A stretch of 64,000 bases of DNA from Paraspadella gotoi. Lineage: Eukaryota; Animalia; Chaetognatha. The notes beneath the pieces are model-generated. The model was given only the letters and a program-made list of their open reading frames with translations. It searched no databases and had not been told where the DNA came from. The stretch spans positions 16,036,532-16,100,531 of the forward strand of contig CM119263.1 in the NCBI GenBank assembly GCA_051294375.1. Reading direction: 5' to 3'. This document shows, one piece after another, positions 1-12,857 of this stretch. A program made the translations under genes and the position numbers. Position 1 is the first letter of the stretch. The number at the start of each line of letters is the position of its first letter.

Positions 1-637
1 GCCCTTCATAGTCAACACTGTTTTTTTTTCTTTCACGAGTAAAAAAAAACTTAGTTTTTTTTCAGACTTTTCGAGTTTTAAAGTTTTAAGCGCAGAAAAA
101 AAAGTCGTTAAAAAACGAAGCAGCGACAAATTGAACTCTTTTCTTTTTGGGCAAAGTGCCGAGTTATGCAGTTGGCGAAAAAGCAATCGAGCGATGCAGT
201 TAGAAGAAAACAGTCGCGCGATGCAACTGGTTAAAAAGGAAGGGAAAAAGTGCAGAATGTGAAAAAAGTTCGTTAAAGAAAGCAGTTGTAGGTATACGTG
301 AGATCCGTAATCCACTTTAACTTATAATTGTCAACAAAACAATTCCATAAAACGCCATTCGGGTAGACAATAAATGTTTATGCGAGTAGTAATAATAAAT
401 ATTAAGTTATTATTCCTCAGAAAAGGCCTGTATTTGCTCCGTTGTTATGTCGAATATAGTTGACAAAACAGTAAACGTACATCAACATTGATTCGTCAAA
501 GGGATCGTTTAAGACGTCTACAGAGAAACGTTTTTTACGTCGAGAATTGTTCACATCAGGTTTACGGTTGTCGTTAAGGACAGAGATCCTCTTGCTTTTT
601 TCTGTCTATCTAACGCTTTCTTTCACTTTATTTCTTT

Positions 638-693
<56 letters not shown>

Positions 694-1074
694 ACACCCG
701 ATATCCTGGCACAATCTCCCTTTCCCCAAGTTTTTCTCTTGTACCGGGGTAGCTTAGTCTCTGGATGTCTTTTATTAGGCTCTTAGAGTTCCTCTCAAAT
801 CTAATCAGGAAAAACGACGGATTTTTTTTTCTCTTTCTCTCTGCCTCTCCTTTTTTTTCGTCCCCTTTTTCTAGCGCTTTTTCCTTGGAGGGATGGTTAT
901 ATGCGTCCCCTGGCTGCAAGAAGGTTTTTTTTTTATTGTCTTCAACAGTCCCGCAGTTAAGTGAGACTGAGCGGTTGTCGCCGACGACCCACAAAAGGGA
1001 GCAAATTTGTTTGCGATGTAAAAAAGGGAAGTCGGCGATTGAACAATATGTATAATGATGATGATGATTCAATG

Positions 1075-1107
<33 letters not shown>

Positions 1108-1566
1108 AAACGGTTTGTTTTTCTCAGCCCCGTTGGAGGATTCAACTCGGAGACAGTAAGGAGGGATTTTATTAGACAAGAAATCAGCAGTCAGCAGTTT
1201 GTTTCCCATTGAGCCGGTGGAGTCGGGATGGAAGGGGGGCTGGGGGTCGAGGAAGCGGCCGGTGGATAAGTTGGTCGTTGGCAAAAGAATTCGGGACAGA
1301 GCTGCCGCACCCCGGGACTTAGGAGATCCTGTGGAAGGCAGCGGCGTAATCAGGGTGGGGCCTGCGGATGAGCAGTTGGACCGGTAATCCTGGCGGCGGA
1401 GGATCGAACCTCTTAAAATTGAGCGAAGGGGATGGTGAGGAAAGGAAAAGGCTGTCAGCCTGAGGGTGTTGCAGCCAAGGATCAAAGCCCCCTCCAGACA
1501 GCTTTAAGGGCCAGATGGACTTTTGTTTTTGTTGTTTGGGGGTTTTAGAAGAGAGAGAGAGAAGAG

Positions 1567-1651
<85 letters not shown>

Positions 1652-1931
1652 TAGAGAGATAATGAAATTGGAAAAAACAGAAGCATCGCCTTTTTGATCC
1701 ATTTTTAAACCTCACCAGCCTAATCCACCACTTTAGTTCTCCTCTCCGACAAAGGTTTAGTTATTTTTTATTTATTTATTTATTTCGTTTTTCACGGCAC
1801 CGTTTCGTCATTAATATTCAGCAGCGGGGGACGCGACGTCGCCGAGCCAAAGCCGGAGAGAGAGAGAGAGATTTCCTGTCGCGGAAAGATAAAGCGTCCG
1901 AGCCTTTTCCCAGTTTCAAAAGTCAGCCCGG

Positions 1932-1975
<44 letters not shown>

Positions 1976-2523
1976 GGAGAGAAAATCGTTATTTTACTGC
2001 CGCCGACTGAATGGGACCGAAATGAATTAGTTCGCTGGAAATATAACTCGGTTTGAAAACACAGATTAAGTTAATCAAGTTGAGTTCGTATACATATATT
2101 CGAACTATTTGCAGTTAAAGTCAAACTCTCTAAGAATGTATAAAAAAAAGATTGATTATCGAGTTGATACTTTCCATAAACAGATTTTGGGTTTTCGATT
2201 ATTCTATTAAATCAACCGTAATGGCATAAAACTCGTTTTTAAAAAAAAAATAGGTGGGTAACTTTTTTGTCTTTCTCTTCGTCGTTGTTGTCATCTTCAC
2301 CGTCGTTTAAAACGTTTAATCTCGTTCTTGTCAACATTTTGAACATCATTCTTTCTTACTTTTTTTCACTTTCCTCGTCTCGTCGATGTCTCGGTCGTCA
2401 TCATCGGCCTTTGAGTCATCTCCGCCAACTTTGTCCTTGCTATTTTTTTTCTCTCCGCAACGACACGTTTCAAGACTCTTTCGTCATCGTTTACGTCGTC
2501 TCTGCCATCGTCGTCGTCGGCTG

Positions 2524-2585
2524 ACCGGAAGTCACCTGAACCTCGGCATCACGTGACTGCTCGCTTCTCGGCGTGAGTGACGTCA
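2524..2585. promoter_or_regulatory. Cluster of ETS (ACCGGAAGT), E-box (ATCACGTGAC) and CRE (TGACGTCA) motifs
   Basis: Exact motifs at 2524-2532, 2548-2557 and 2578-2585, retained in copy 2 (~13757-13823). The minus strand also reads open here, so the cluster may be incidental. Confidence 0.3.
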
Positions 2586-3734
2586 GCGATGGGACATCGA
2601 AACTTCAAAGCGAGAAACACATTTGTGGTTCAGTTGTGAAAAAAAAAATAGTTGAAATGGGAATCGTAGTTTTAGATGGTTGTGACCTGATGTTAAACGG
2701 CAATCGTATAAATAATTTATAACAGTCGAGAAATTGGTACATTAGTGAGTTCAAATTTGAGGGTTCTAACAGATAAGATATTTTTTAACGCGAGATGAAA
2801 AAGAATTGTTAGGCAAATGCAAATGTAAATATAAATGTAAAAATCTTAAAGAATTATCAAATCAACACTTTGCAGACGTAGTTAATATATGTAGTAAATA
2901 CGTAGTAAATATATGATTAATTAAACGAAAAATTGGTCTTACAAAAAAAACCTAAAAAAAAGAGGGGCGAATGTCAGAGATTTTTTTTCTTCGGAACAAT
3001 GTGAGGACATCTAGATTTGAATGAGAAAAAAAAAAGACAAACGACTCTGGAGTCCGGATGCGGATGATTAAACGAGGCAGAGACCGAGAGGAAATGAAGT
3101 CTCTCAAAAGAAAAAAAACGATCAAAAATCGATTTTGAGATGGAAAAACAAAAAAACTCTATCAACGGCGGATATAAATGTCGCAGAAAAAAAATTGCGT
3201 GGGCGTCGAAATTGCGTTACTTAGTTGCGTGATTACGCCCGGGGATCCTTTTCGTTATAGTCGTTGTCGTTAGCGAGGGAGTTACGGCCTTCTCCGTTTT
3301 TTCTCTCTCCGTACTCAGTAACTGTCTTTCTATTTCGAATTTCTGTTTTTTTGTATCTCTCTCTCTATCTCTCTCTCTCTCTATTTCTTTCTATCGTCCC
3401 TTCCTTTGTGAAAAAGGCTCAGAATCCCGCGACGTGTGAACCAAGAGGAGGCTTTCGCTCCCCTTCGCGAAAACCGGAAGATAATGCAGCCAATTTCAGA
3501 TGGATGGAAAGAAGAAAGGAATGAATGGATGAAGGGAGGTATGAATGAATGATTAGATGGATAGCAAGATGAACGGTTGAGCGGTTATGGATGATTGACG
3601 AATGTAGGATAGATAATTGGATATATACTTGAATGAGAGGATGGATAGACGTAGGGATTGATTGACTGAATTATAGAAGGATGACTGAATGAATGACCAA
3701 GAGGAAGGAAGATCTTTCAAAAAATTTGGCTCAC

Positions 3735-3852
3735 TTCCCCATTGGAATGAGTGAAAACGTTTAGCAGACTTCCTCTTTCACGAGAATTCGGTTGGTTGGT
3801 CCTGACGTGAAGAAGACGGTTTTTCCCCCTCAGAGGCTTCAGTTTCGTCCAT
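3735..3852 (-). CDS. Candidate exon of an unidentified minus-strand gene (consensus MDETEASEGEKPSSSRQDQPTESRLKEEVLLNVFTHSNGE)
   Basis: Open only when copies 1 and 2 (15004-15122) are merged to remove indels; ends at a GTGAGC donor. Confidence 0.3.
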
Positions 3853-3943
3853 CGCCCGTTGACCGCAGACGAGACTAACGACCTCGTTTTTTCGACTACA
3901 ACCACCGAAACTTTTTTTTTTTTGACGACGAGACTCTCGACGA

Positions 3944-3981
<38 letters not shown>

Positions 3982-5402
3982 TTGACAACGAAGGCGACGA
4001 CGACGACAAAAATGAACAATGCAAATGTTTTGTTTTTTTTTTTATTCGAAGCTCCTTTCTCTCTTGCATTGCCAGGAGACCAAATTTATTGTAGGCTGAT
4101 TTTGTGCGTAAATTTCGTGAAAATCTGGAAAGGAACAGTGGGAGAAGAGACATAGAAAAAAGGAGGAAGAGAAAAAAGCGGAGAGACAAAATGACAAGGG
4201 ACAAAATATGAGGCTGCTTTTGGAGCTTTTTAAAGCAATATTATTCCAGTAACTTCTATTTAAACTGTTAAAAAAAAAACACAAAAACAACAAAAGTGCA
4301 TATAACTTAGTAGACTTTTTCACAAAACTTTCCAATTGACGTATTCGCTCCTTATCGTTTCTTTTTTCTTAACTCAGAAAAATAGATTTTCTGTTTTGGA
4401 TTGAAAGTTTAACTCTATTGTTTCCGTCACAATTCAAAGTAAATCCATGTAAAACAACAGTCAACAACGACAACAATCGTAAGAAGAACAACAACGCCGA
4501 CGACGCGAGATAGATTTTTGCTTTCGGACTTAATCTCGTTTTCTGGCGGAAGACGAAATACTGAAGATGTGAGAAGGCGTGTCGTGGCCCGGGGCGGTAG
4601 GAGGCAAGAAGTGGACGCTCCTGTTTTGAACGAGGAATGTCCCTGTCCAAGCTTGGCGCAGCGAGAGTTTTTGCCAAATGGAAATTGATTAAAATAAGTG
4701 TTTCCTAAAATGTTCCCCCCCAAAAAAAAATTATCGAGTTAGTCGACTCGTATGATAGCGGAGAAAGATTTTCTCAGCAGCGGAAAAGTGAATTGTAACC
4801 AACGAGAAAGTAGCCGAGCCACGCTAAAAGGTAACCCCAATCAAGGGAAGCAGATTGAGAAAATAGTGGGATAGAAACTTTCCTTAACTTCCTTTACGGA
4901 CAGAATCCGTCTCTTTACAATTCCACCAATTTCGACAGGATTTAATTAGTTTAATTTTAAGCAACTAAAACCAACATGACGACCGCGTGCGTAAATCCAC
5001 ATGTACGTACAAATCGCTATGCATGAGTAAAATTGAGTATGCATTCGCTTACAAAATAATTGCACAGACACATAACACTGAATTCAACACCCCACTTCTT
5101 TTTTTTCACTTCTCGTCTACACCGAACTCCCAACACCCTCGCCGATTCCTAATCAGCGCCACGCTCCACCTGCTACGTGACCCACTACTCCCAATCAAAC
5201 TAGCTCGGTCTCTCTTCGCCTCCTGAGCCCCGAATGGGAACCGTATTGGTCTCCTTTCTCTGGGGAGAGGCAATAATTGCCTAAATTAAGGAGAGCGAAT
5301 AAAAAGTGGAGAAAGAACGTATTGAATTGGAGATCGAATATGTAATGAATTAATGTATATATAATTTAATGAATGAATGATTGCATGAACGAATTAAATT
5401 AA

Positions 5403-5521
5403 ATTATCTTGTAAGAGTGATGGAGGCCTTAAACCACCAAAGCCTGTCCAAAGTCAGGGGCAAGATAGCTTATTTATTAAATTAATGGATAATTTTTATA
5501 TTGGTTGTATGAATTTCATAG
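5403..5521 (+). repeat. ~120 bp dispersed repeat fragment, also at 32783-32900 (-) and 34483-34590 (+)
   Basis: Near-identical gagtgatggaggccttaaaccaccaaagcctgtccaaagtcaggggcaagatagcttatttattaaat at unrelated loci; garbled versions at ~16735-16830 and ~36658-36750. Confidence 0.85.
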
Positions 5522-5869
5522 ATAATTAATTATTGAATAAATAAATGAATAAACGAATGAATCGATCAATGAATGAATAAATGAATCTATGAACGAATGA
5601 TAGCCTTGAGGACTGAATAATGGATAATGAGTGAATAAACTTAAAACGGGCTAACTTCGGTACAGAAAGGGAACGAGAGGTAAAAGCTCGTTCATTAGCA
5701 TAAACAAAAAACAAATAACATTGAAGCTTTTGCCGAACGAAGCTTGAATGGGCTGGCTGGGGAAAAGATAAAATTAACGAAGCAATTTGACAGAAAGAAA
5801 AAAAAAGGGGAATTTAGCATTTGATCCTTTTCCCTGTCTGCGAAAGTCCGAATTCCGGGTGCCCTCACC

Positions 5870-6218
5870 CAGTCGCGTGTCGAGAAATGGCGGGCCCCTC
5901 AAAAATTAGTTGAGGCTCAACTAATTTTTTTTTTAGCAAGCCCCGGGGCCCACTGAAAGCCAAGCTCATCCCACCGCCTTACAATTAATTTAGCCACTAA
6001 GCAAGAATGATATTTTAAAAATCACACATTATTGTCATAATATCAACGATTTTAAGATTTCTTAATGGCACCAAAAATATTTTATTAAATTAAAAGCTAT
6101 TTTCTCCTTTAAAATTTTTATATAATTTTTTTTAGCCCTATGAGCTTTTCTCGGGGTCCCCCTAAGAGCCTGGGCCCCTCGTCTTTGTGAAGGGTGCCTT
6201 CCCCTCTATACGCCCCTG
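5870..6218. mobile_element. hAT-superfamily non-autonomous element (MITE), 349 bp
   Basis: Perfect 8-bp TSD CCCTCACC (5862-5869, 6219-6226); imperfect TIRs CAGTCGCGTGTCGAG / CAGGGGCGTATAGAG (rc); subterminal GGGCCC motifs. Confidence 0.85.
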
Positions 6219-7292
6219 CCCTCACCCGATTTCTTTCCCCAACCCTCCCTCCAACCTGGTTTCTCCAATCTCCAGCTCAAGAATCTCTGAAAAATTCATG
6301 GTGCTTTGGGTCTTTCTCTCCCCATTTTGTATTTTCCTTTTCCATATTATTATTTCCCCCTCTCTTTCCCTCTTAGTTGGGGAGATTTGATTTTCGACAA
6401 CGGATCTGAGATGAGATTCAGACTCTCCACTTTTTTTTTCGGAAGGGGGAAAGGAAGAAAGAAGAGCTATGAAGAATGAGGAGCGTTAGGGGGTGTTGTT
6501 TGCGTCGATGGGTGAGGTGAAGAAGCGGGAAAATTTAAAAAGAGATCATGTGTGAGAGAGAAGTGAGGGGGAAAAGGGAGCGGGCGTCGGAAGCAAATCA
6601 ATAAAAGAGGAATCGAACGTCGGGGTGGGGTAGAGACGAACGACAAAGGCGTAAGGTAAGTTCGCGTAAAGGGAGACGAGGAAATGGTGGGGTGACCGGG
6701 AATCTGGGAGATAGATTCAAATGGCCCTAATTCAGTTTGGTTTACTTTGAAAGGTTTTATTAAATTATGAATAAATAAAGCATTCGGCGAATGGATTTGT
6801 CCGGGAATTTATTCCGAAACTTAAGCGGATTTTTTCGATGAGAGAGAATCTTTCTTTCAATTTTTTAAAGTTTTTTTTCTCCGGAAATTCGTGGTAGAGT
6901 ATCTGAGTCACGAACGAGTCTAAACGCGCAACGACAACGGGATCGTGATTTTTGGATTGAACAGTCTCTTCGCCACCCCCCCCCCCCCCCGCGCTTCACT
7001 GCCGAGGTTTTTCTTCGCATAACAAAGGAGCCTCGACCCCGAGTGTCGAGGATTTAGGTCAAAGGAGGCGAAGAATGGCCGCTCGCGTTGGCGAGGCTTT
7101 GAGGTCGGAATGCCGGAAACGAGGTGCGGGGTCGAAGGAGGTCGCTGTGAAAGTTGTGGGGTCGGAAGTGAGGTCGAAACGCCGAGACAAGTACGCAACG
7201 ACCAGGAGAAAATAGTGGGTGGGGGGATGGAGAAAAATTTTTTTTTGAAATCCTTGTTGTGAGTTGTGATCGAGGAATCAGGAGGATCTTAC

Positions 7293-7364
7293 CCTAAGCT
7301 ACGAGCCTCGTTGAGTAAAAACCTGGAAAGCTTTCGAAAGACTTTTACGTCGTCATCGCGTTCG
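7293..7364 (-). CDS. Copy-1 version of the ERDDDVKVFRKLSSFYSTRLELR exon, with three extra bases
   Basis: Same acceptor (ttatttcaacag) and donor (GTAAGA) as 18664-18732 but 72 nt and frame-broken. Confidence 0.4.
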
Positions 7365-7661
7365 CTGTTGAAATAATTATTTTTGTTGCTTCCTACGTCA
7401 AAGTCGTCCTCTGTCGTTGTCGTCTTCGTCTTCCGTCGCCGCCATCATCGTCTTCGTCGTCGTCGTCGCCAGATGGCGAAATCTTAAGACCCTCGGTAAT
7501 CCCATCTGCTTTCGCTTTTTCGAGATATTCACGTCCGCGTCCGACCGACGAAGCGCCTCAAAAAGTAAGAATGTGCGGATGTGCGCTCCATTGAGATAAT
7601 ATTTTATTTTCTTTGAGAGGATTTAAGGGTGGCCGTGGTATGAATCAAAAAGCCCCGCCTC

Positions 7662-7881
7662 TGTCGGTATATACACACCGTTCAGCCAATACCATTGACT
7701 CGGAGGGGGAATGCTCCATCCCAAGCGTTGCGTTCCATCCACAGTCCTAATGGATGTGGATGGCGAAGCGATACCGTCCTAGGGTAACCGCGCCAGTGGC
7801 AGGCGTCATTGAGGTTCGGAAGCCCCAAAAGTCAACATTGAGATGTCCCATCTAAATGGGCATCACCCGCCTGTTGCCATT
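7662..7881 (-). mobile_element. Unrecognised ~220-nt hairpin-rich interspersed element, locus A copy 1
   Basis: Homologous end-to-end to 62494-62731 (opposite strand); flanks CGCCTC/CGCCTT; multiple stem-loops. Strand inferred from G-U pairs. Confidence 0.7.
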
Positions 7882-8888
7882 CGCCTTTATTTTTTCTCTT
7901 TTTTCTTTAGACCCTGAAAAAAAAATTAAAAGAGTGAAAAGCATTTTACTCTCTCATGCCCTCTCTTGCCCTCTCTTGCCCTCTCTCGCTTTCCTTGCTT
8001 TCCTGCTCTCGCTCATGCACGAGCTTCAAGTGCTAAAAATAGTGTCGACTGTTTAGATATTTTTTTTTTCAGAAAATAACATTTCCAGCCGAAAGCCACA
8101 TTTCGGAAATGAATTTCTTACCAAGAGTTTTTTTTTTCTATTTCAAAAATATTCGCATGGGGCTTCTGTTTTTCTGCGTCTAAAAACGTGGAATCGCATC
8201 TGCTCTAAATCTTTTATTTCATTTTGATTATGGAGAATCACTGGAGGCAAGCGGACATTTTTCTGTACCCTTTATAAAGACCGGACGAGCTGGACGTTGT
8301 CCTCTGTCTAATAGAGACCGTACACTCTCCGGAGACGAGACGATCGATCGGCGACCCCATTGTTCGTAATCGCGCCGATAAAAATTTAACGACTTTTCAA
8401 TTCCATTCTATCGAGCCCATCGCTTCGACGCCACTCAAATGGCCCTGCGAAAATTCCGGTTTTTTTTTTCCTCCCCGACTTAACGTCGAGAGAGGGCGAT
8501 ACTTCATTCTTTACAGGTCATTCTTTCAGGAATATTATCGATAAATCTCCATCATCACTCACGGTTATTTTTTTTTTCTCACTTACATTTCTCACTTTAT
8601 TTTTTAAATATTCGGGCGAAGAAAGTTATTGTAGTCATGTTGTCGTGTGAACACATGAAAATAAAGTCGCTGCGGCGAAAGACATTAGATGAACCGATCT
8701 TGTTTTTCTATATGTTCTTTTCTGTTTACCTTATTTCAATTCTCCTTCCTTTCTTTCCTTTCTTTTTTTTTTCTTCCTCCTCCCTTCCTGCGGACTCTCA
8801 GACAAAATTGAGTTCCGTCACCGTCATCCCTTTAAAACGTCAAAACGTCATTGTGTGAACGCCATAATCGTCAACTCCGGTAGCGTCA

Positions 8889-8960
<72 letters not shown>

Positions 8961-10509
8961 TCTCTCTCTCTTTAAATTTTTTTTTCGACAAAAGTGTCTA
9001 AAAGTTAAAACGCAGTGGACAGGACAAGAGAAAATGGTTATAAAGGCATAAAAGAGTCAAAAAGTTCTAGAGAGATCTCGAGAGAGGTACATTCTAAAAT
9101 CTTGACAAAAGGAATTTGCTTTTAATTAATTAACATGCTTACTTAAACGTAGGATAACTATATATGAGCAACAGCGATGACTCAATAATACTTTACTCAA
9201 TAATAATAATAATAATAATTCTTCACTTTATTAAAAATTTAGACGATTTTTACATCGCATGAAATGGATCAGTAGAAAAACAGGAAGAAATTGTAAGAAG
9301 TTGAAAGATTTGAAAACATTAGAACGGAACGTAAAAATGTATTTGCCTCTTGTATTTTCTTGAGGCGGATAAGAGATTGAAAAAAAAAACAAGATTTTGC
9401 CGTTTTCTCCAGATTTACTAATTGCTGAGTCTCCTTCCTGCTTTTCTTTCTCTCCGTCTTTACTTTCATTCCTTCTTCATTCTCTTTTCATTTTTCCTAA
9501 TTATTTCTTTATAGAATTTTCTTTGAACACTCGTTTTCGAGTTAGGGCGAAAGAGCTAACGTAATCTCAAACGTTTCATGAGCGCCTAATGAATCTCAGA
9601 AGGTTAATTTAACTACTCCTGATTTCAAAGTGCTAATAAAGAAGCCTTTTCCATCGTCGTCGTCGTTGTCGTCGTCCTCGGTTATATATTTCATTAGTAA
9701 CTCGACACGATTCTCGCGATGAAACCGGAAAAGCGCGAGATATCGTTCGTCCTTTTTTTTATTAAAGACGCCGCAGCCGCCGGCGGCACTTGGATAAAAA
9801 TTTTAAAAAAATAAATTGTTTTAAAAGGATTTAATTCTCTTTTAAGCAATGCAATTATCACGAATAAAAAAAAAAAGGAAATAACGGTGATGAGATTTTC
9901 CAGGGCATTATTAAATTTTCCTTCGCAGTTATCGAAGCGAAGGCGCGGGCGAGGCGCGCCGCCCACGCCTGCCGATTGCACGAGCACGATGCCGCCGCCG
10001 CCGCCCCTCCTCGTCACGCACCTTCGGCGCCGGTTTTTCGTGACGAAGTCGCCTCATCGATTTATCACATGGAGGCAAACATCACTTTCATCAGTCACGT
10101 TGAAGCTGGAATTTCAATTTCACTTTGAAAACCTTTGCTTAGAAACTTGATCCTTCATAAACATTTGCCATTTAAAATATCGCTTTTACAAGCCTGGCTT
10201 AATTCTGATATTTATCATCTACCCCATTCTAAAAAATTCCATGCGGTTGCTTTTTCTTATTTTACATATTTTGATATTTAATTTACGATATTATAAACCG
10301 GAATATTAAAAACAAGTTTTCTCGTTTAAACATAATTTGTCAAATATGAAAAAGAATAACTTGACGCTGCAATGTTTAATAACAATAATGACAAAACCTT
10401 TTCGATTGTAGCTCTTCTATTGAGAAAAGCAGATTCACTTTTCCATGAAAAACGATTTCACAACAACAGAAAGTCAATTACGTTGAGAAATTGAATAAGA
10501 GACGTAAGA

Positions 10510-10588
10510 TAAAAAGAAAGAGAAAGAAAGAAAGAAAGAAAGAAAGAAAGCACAGAGAAAGACAGAGAAGAAAGAAAGAAAGAAATAA

Positions 10589-10632
<44 letters not shown>

Positions 10633-10750
10633 AAATAAATAAATAAAGAAAGAAAAAGAAAAAAGAAAAACAAGAAAGAAAGAGAAAGAAAGAAAGAAAG
10701 AAAGAAAGAAACAAACAAACAAACAAACAAACAAACAAACAAACAACTAA
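10510..10750. repeat. Compound tetranucleotide microsatellite (AAAG)n-(AAAT)n-(AAAG)n-(AAAC)n
   Basis: Directly visible; the (AAAT)n block is missing in copy 2 (~21885-22045). Confidence 0.95.
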
Positions 10751-12817
10751 AGAAACAAAAAAGTCGCGTTTGTTTTTTTTGTTTTTTTCTTTTTTTTCCT
10801 CGGGCGATAAAGAAAAATGATAAAGAGAGAGAAAAATGGAAAAATGAAGAATGAAAGCGAAGGCGGTAACCAGACGAGAGAGAAGACGAAAGAAAGAATT
10901 TCCTGTCGATGGCAACGAGGAATACATTTCGCCTCGATCCTCGCGGGAAACCGCCTTAATTTTCCCGTAGAGTAAGTGGCTCGTGGGACCGCGTAGTAAC
11001 CTCTCTCTCTATCTCTCTCGACGTTAGCATCCGAGAAGCGAAACCGAGGAGCGGCTGATAAAGTGAGAAAGCGTATAGAATAAAACGATTAAGTATAAAT
11101 TAAATGCGATTGAACTGATTGAACCGCGAGAGAGCGCGCGGGCCGAGTTCATAAAAAGGCCCTTCATAGTCACACTTGTTTTTTTCTTTCACGAGTAAAA
11201 AAAAAACTTTAGTTTTTTTGTTTTCAGACTTTCGAGTTTTAAAGTTTAAGCGCAGAAAAAAAATCGTTAAAAAAACGAAAGCAGCGACAATTGAACTCTT
11301 TTCTTTTTGGGGCAAAGTGCCGAGGTAGCGGAGGTCGGCGAAAAAGCAATCCAGCGATGCAGTTAGAAGGAAAACAGTCGCGCGATGCAACTGTTAAAAG
11401 AAGGGGAAGGAAAAATGCAGAATGTGAGAAAAAAGTCGTTAAAAGAAAGCAGTTGTAGTAACGTGAGATCCGTAATCCACTTAACTTAATAATGTCAACA
11501 AAACATCCATAAAACGCCATTCGGGTGTAGACAATAAATGTTATGCGAGTAGTAATAATAAATATTAAGTATATTCCTCAGAAAAAGGCCTGTATTTGCT
11601 CCGTTGTTATGTTCGAATATAGTTGACAAAAACAGTAAAACGTACATCAACATTGATTCGTCTAAAGGATCGTTTAAGACGTCTACAGAAGGAAACGTTT
11701 TTTACGTCGAGAATTGTTCACATCACGAGTTTACCGCTCTTCACAATAAATAAGGAACAGAATCCTCTTGCTTTTTTCTGCTATCTACGCTTTTCTTCAC
11801 TTTATTTCTTTATCCTCTCTTCTTCTCTCCTCTCTCTCTCTCTCCTCTCTCTCTCTCTTCTCTCTCTTCCTCCCTCTCTCTCTCCTTCTCTCTCTCTCTC
11901 TCTCTCTCTCACGACACCGATTATCCTGGCACAATCTCCCTTTCCCCAAGTTTCTCTGCTACGGGGTAAAGCTAGTCTTTGGATGTCTTTATTAGGCTCT
12001 TTAGAGTTCCTCTCAAATTCTAATCAGGAAAAAACGACGGATTTTTTTTTCTCTTTTCTCTCTTTTTTTTTCTCCCCTTTTCTAGCGCTTTTTCCTTGGA
12101 GGGATGGTTATATTGCGTCCCTGGCTGCAAGAAGGTTTTTTTTTTTATGTCGTTCAACAGTCCCGCAGTTAAGCTTGAGACTGAGCGGTTGTCGCCGACG
12201 ACCCCAAAAGGGAGCAAATTTGTTTTGCAATGTAAATAAAGGAAGTCGGCGATTGAACAATATGTATAATGATTGATAGATCAAATGGAGAGAGAGAGAA
12301 GAGAAGAGTAGAGAGAGGAGATGAGAGAGAGAGAGAGAGAGAGAAGAAGGGTAGATTGAGAGAAAGACAAACGGTTTTTTTCTCAAGCCGTTGGACGGAT
12401 TCAACTGGATGACAGTAAGGAGGATATTTATTAGACACAGAAAATCAGGCAGTCAGCAGTTTGTTTCCCATGAGCCGGGGATGTTCGGGATGGAAGGGGG
12501 CTGGGGGTTTGAGGAGCGCGGTGAATAAGTTGGTCGTTCGCAAAAGAGATCGTGGACAGAGCTGTCGCCCCCTGGACTGCTTAGGAGATCCTTGGTAAGG
12601 CAGGCGGCGTATTCAGGTGGGGCTGCCGGATGAGCGAGTTGGACCGGATATATCCTGCGGCGGAGGATCGATACTCTTAATTGAATGGCGAGGGATGGTG
12701 AGGAAAGTGAAAGCTTTGATCAGGCCTGAGGTGTTGCAGCATCAAGGATCAAGCCCCTTCAGACAGTTTAAGGGCCAGATGGACTTTTTTTTTTTGTGTT
12801 TCTGGTTTTTAGAAATG

Positions 12818-12857
<40 letters not shown>

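Larger units (their letters stand above)
1..10872 (+). repeat. Copy 1 of an ~11 kb direct tandem duplication (left end may extend beyond the window)
   Basis: Collinear with 11159-22146 from gcccttcatagtc to gaatgaaagcgaaggcg(g)taacca; differences are mostly scattered 1-nt indels. Confidence 0.95.

Noticed and set aside
547-1702. ORFs with SLSLSL/RERERE runs (also 11623-12276, 24844-25389, 45496-45945, 57475-58198)
   Set aside because: Translations of (CT/AG)n microsatellites, which lack stop codons; not genes.
10458-10927. F/L/I/Y-rich hydrophobic ORFs resembling membrane proteins (also 21695-22382, 50000-50326)
   Set aside because: Derived from (TTTC)n, (TTTA)n and (TTTG)n repeats.
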